From contig JBJKZP010000008.1 of assembly GCA_045560235.1 (NCBI GenBank), forward strand, positions 3,300-67,299: DNA of 64,000 nt, written 5' to 3'. The translations under genes were made by a program, and so were the position numbers. Shown piece by piece: positions 62,694 to 64,000 of the stretch. Every line of letters starts with the position of its first letter. Within the stretch, counting starts at the first letter, position 1. Source of the DNA: Fidelibacterota bacterium (GTDB lineage: Bacteria > Fidelibacterota > Marinisomatia > Marinisomatales > Marinisomataceae). The notes beneath the pieces were generated by a model. It was not told the DNA's origin. It saw nothing but the letters and a program-made list of their open reading frames with translations, and ran no database searches.

Positions 62694-64000
62694 ATGGATT
62701 TAGGTAGAGACAACATATTAGACAAACAGCTAGTAAAAGAGCTTGAAGAAAGCTATTTAAACTATTCAATGTCAGTTATTATGTCGAGAGCTCTTCCAGA
62801 TGCAAGAGACGGACTAAAGCCGGTTCACAGAAGAATTCTTTTTAGTATGAGCGAAATGTCTGCAATGTGGAATAGACCATATAAGAAGTCTGCCAGGGTT
62901 GTTGGGGAGGTTTTGGGTAAATATCACCCACACGGAGACAGCTCTATATATGATGCAATGGTTAGAATGGCCCAAGAGTTTTCTATGAGACACGAACTTG
63001 TTCAGGGTCAGGGCAATTTTGGCTCTATCGACGGAGACAGGGCGGCTGCAATGAGATATACTGAATCCAGGATGTCAAAAATTGGCAGCGAGCTTTTAAG
63101 AGATATAGACAAAGAAACAATCCCCTGGACAACAAACTTTGACGAAACCCTAAAAGAGCCGGCAGTTCTTCCTGCGGTATACCCAAACCTTCTTGTTAAC
63201 GGATCAGAAGGAATTGCTGTTGGAATGGCAACAAAAATACCGCCACACAACCTTTCAGAGCTGGTTGATGGTCTGGTAGAGCTAATGCACAACCCAGAAG
63301 CAGAAGTAAAAGATTTAATGAAACATATAAAAGGACCAGACTTTCCAACCCACGGAAAGGCTCTTGGTATTCAAGGCATTGTTGATGCTTATGAAACAGG
63401 AAGAGGAAAGGTTATTATGCAGGGCAGAGCACATGTTGAGCCAGCTTCCAAAGGAAGAGACTCTTTGATTATTACAGAGCTGCCATATCAGGTCAACAAA
63501 GCAAATCTAATTGAAAAAATAGCCTACCTAGCTAGAGATAAAAAAATCGAAGGCGTAGCAGAACTAAGAGATGAGTCTGATAAAGATGGAATGAGGGTTG
63601 TTGTTGAAATAAAAAGAGATGCGGTTCCAGAGGTGGTTTTAAATCAGCTATACAAACAAACACAACTACAAGATACTTTTGGAATAATATTATTAGCCCT
63701 TGTTGATGGAACGCCAAAAGTTATGAACCTAAAAGAAATTCTTGAAGTTTTTATATCCTTTAGGCTGGACATAGTAGTAAAAAGAACAAAGTTTGATTTA
63801 GCAAAAGCAGAGGCAAGAGCACACATATTAGAGGGTTTAAAAATTGCCCTTAAAAATATTGATAAAATTGTTGAAACAATTAAAAAAAGCAAGGACCCGG
63901 TTTCTGCCAAAGAGGCCCTAATGACGGGCTTTGGCCTTTCTGAAAAACAATCCCAAGCTATTTTAGACATGAGACTACAAAGGTTAACCGGTCTTGAGAC
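62694..64000 (+). CDS. gyrA: DNA gyrase subunit A (runs off the window edge)
   Basis: Not in the ORF track; my translation from ATG 62694 gives [54 protein letters not shown]. Confidence 0.97.
   Translation, partial: MDLGRDNILDKQLVKELEESYLNYSMSVIMSRALPDARDGLKPVHRRILFSMSEMSAMWNRPYKKSARVVGEVLGKYHPHGDSSIYDAMVRMAQEFSMRHELVQGQGNFGSIDGDRAAAMRYTESRMSKIGSELLRDIDKETIPWTTNFDETLKEPAVLPAVYPNLLVNGSEGIAVGMATKIPPHNLSELVDGLVELMHNPEAEVKDLMKHIKGPDFPTHGKALGIQGIVDAYETGRGKVIMQGRAHVEPASKGRDSLIITELPYQVNKANLIEKIAYLARDKKIEGVAELRDESDKDGMRVVVEIKRDAVPEVVLNQLYKQTQLQDTFGIILLALVDGTPKVMNLKEILEVFISFRLDIVVKRTKFDLAKAEARAHILEGLKIALKNIDKIVETIKKSKDPVSAKEALMTGFGLSEKQSQAILDMRLQRLTGLE

Noticed and set aside
62920-62960. Quinolone-resistance change in the gyrA QRDR
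   Set aside because: Reads HGDSSIYD, with Ser83 and Asp87 equivalents wild type

Overview
AT-rich, very densely coded, origin-proximal bacterial chromosome segment. Gene content suggests an FCB-superphylum marine lineage such as Marinimicrobia/SAR406 (inference from the TBDR/CTD-protein/PorV-like trio, archaeal-type ProRS and type B L31; not verified). Left to right: a ~17 kb gapless minus-strand housekeeping run (amidase, folC, rho, aminotransferase, rpmE, prfA, prmC, dnaE, B12-binding subunit, M24 peptidase, ligA, ABC-2 exporter); a locus of two paralogous ~70 aa membrane microproteins with strong ribosome-binding sites behind an attenuator-like leader; eno-ftsB; recO/proS; mgtE; a three-gene outer-membrane locus (TonB-dependent receptor, 1082 aa secreted protein with a sorting-type C-terminal domain, PorV-like barrel); an 11-gene purine operon with a PurQ-PurS-PurS fusion and class II PurE; and a rearranged origin region (dnaA divergent from rpmH-yidC-mnmE-mnmG-surA, then oriC, dnaN, gyrB, gyrA) with two parS sites at the ends of mnmG and no rnpA or recF. 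I found no tRNA, rRNA, CRISPR array or mobile element. The best candidates for an undescribed system are the microprotein pair with its leader (17.2-17.9 kb) and the TBDR trio (25.9-33.5 kb).
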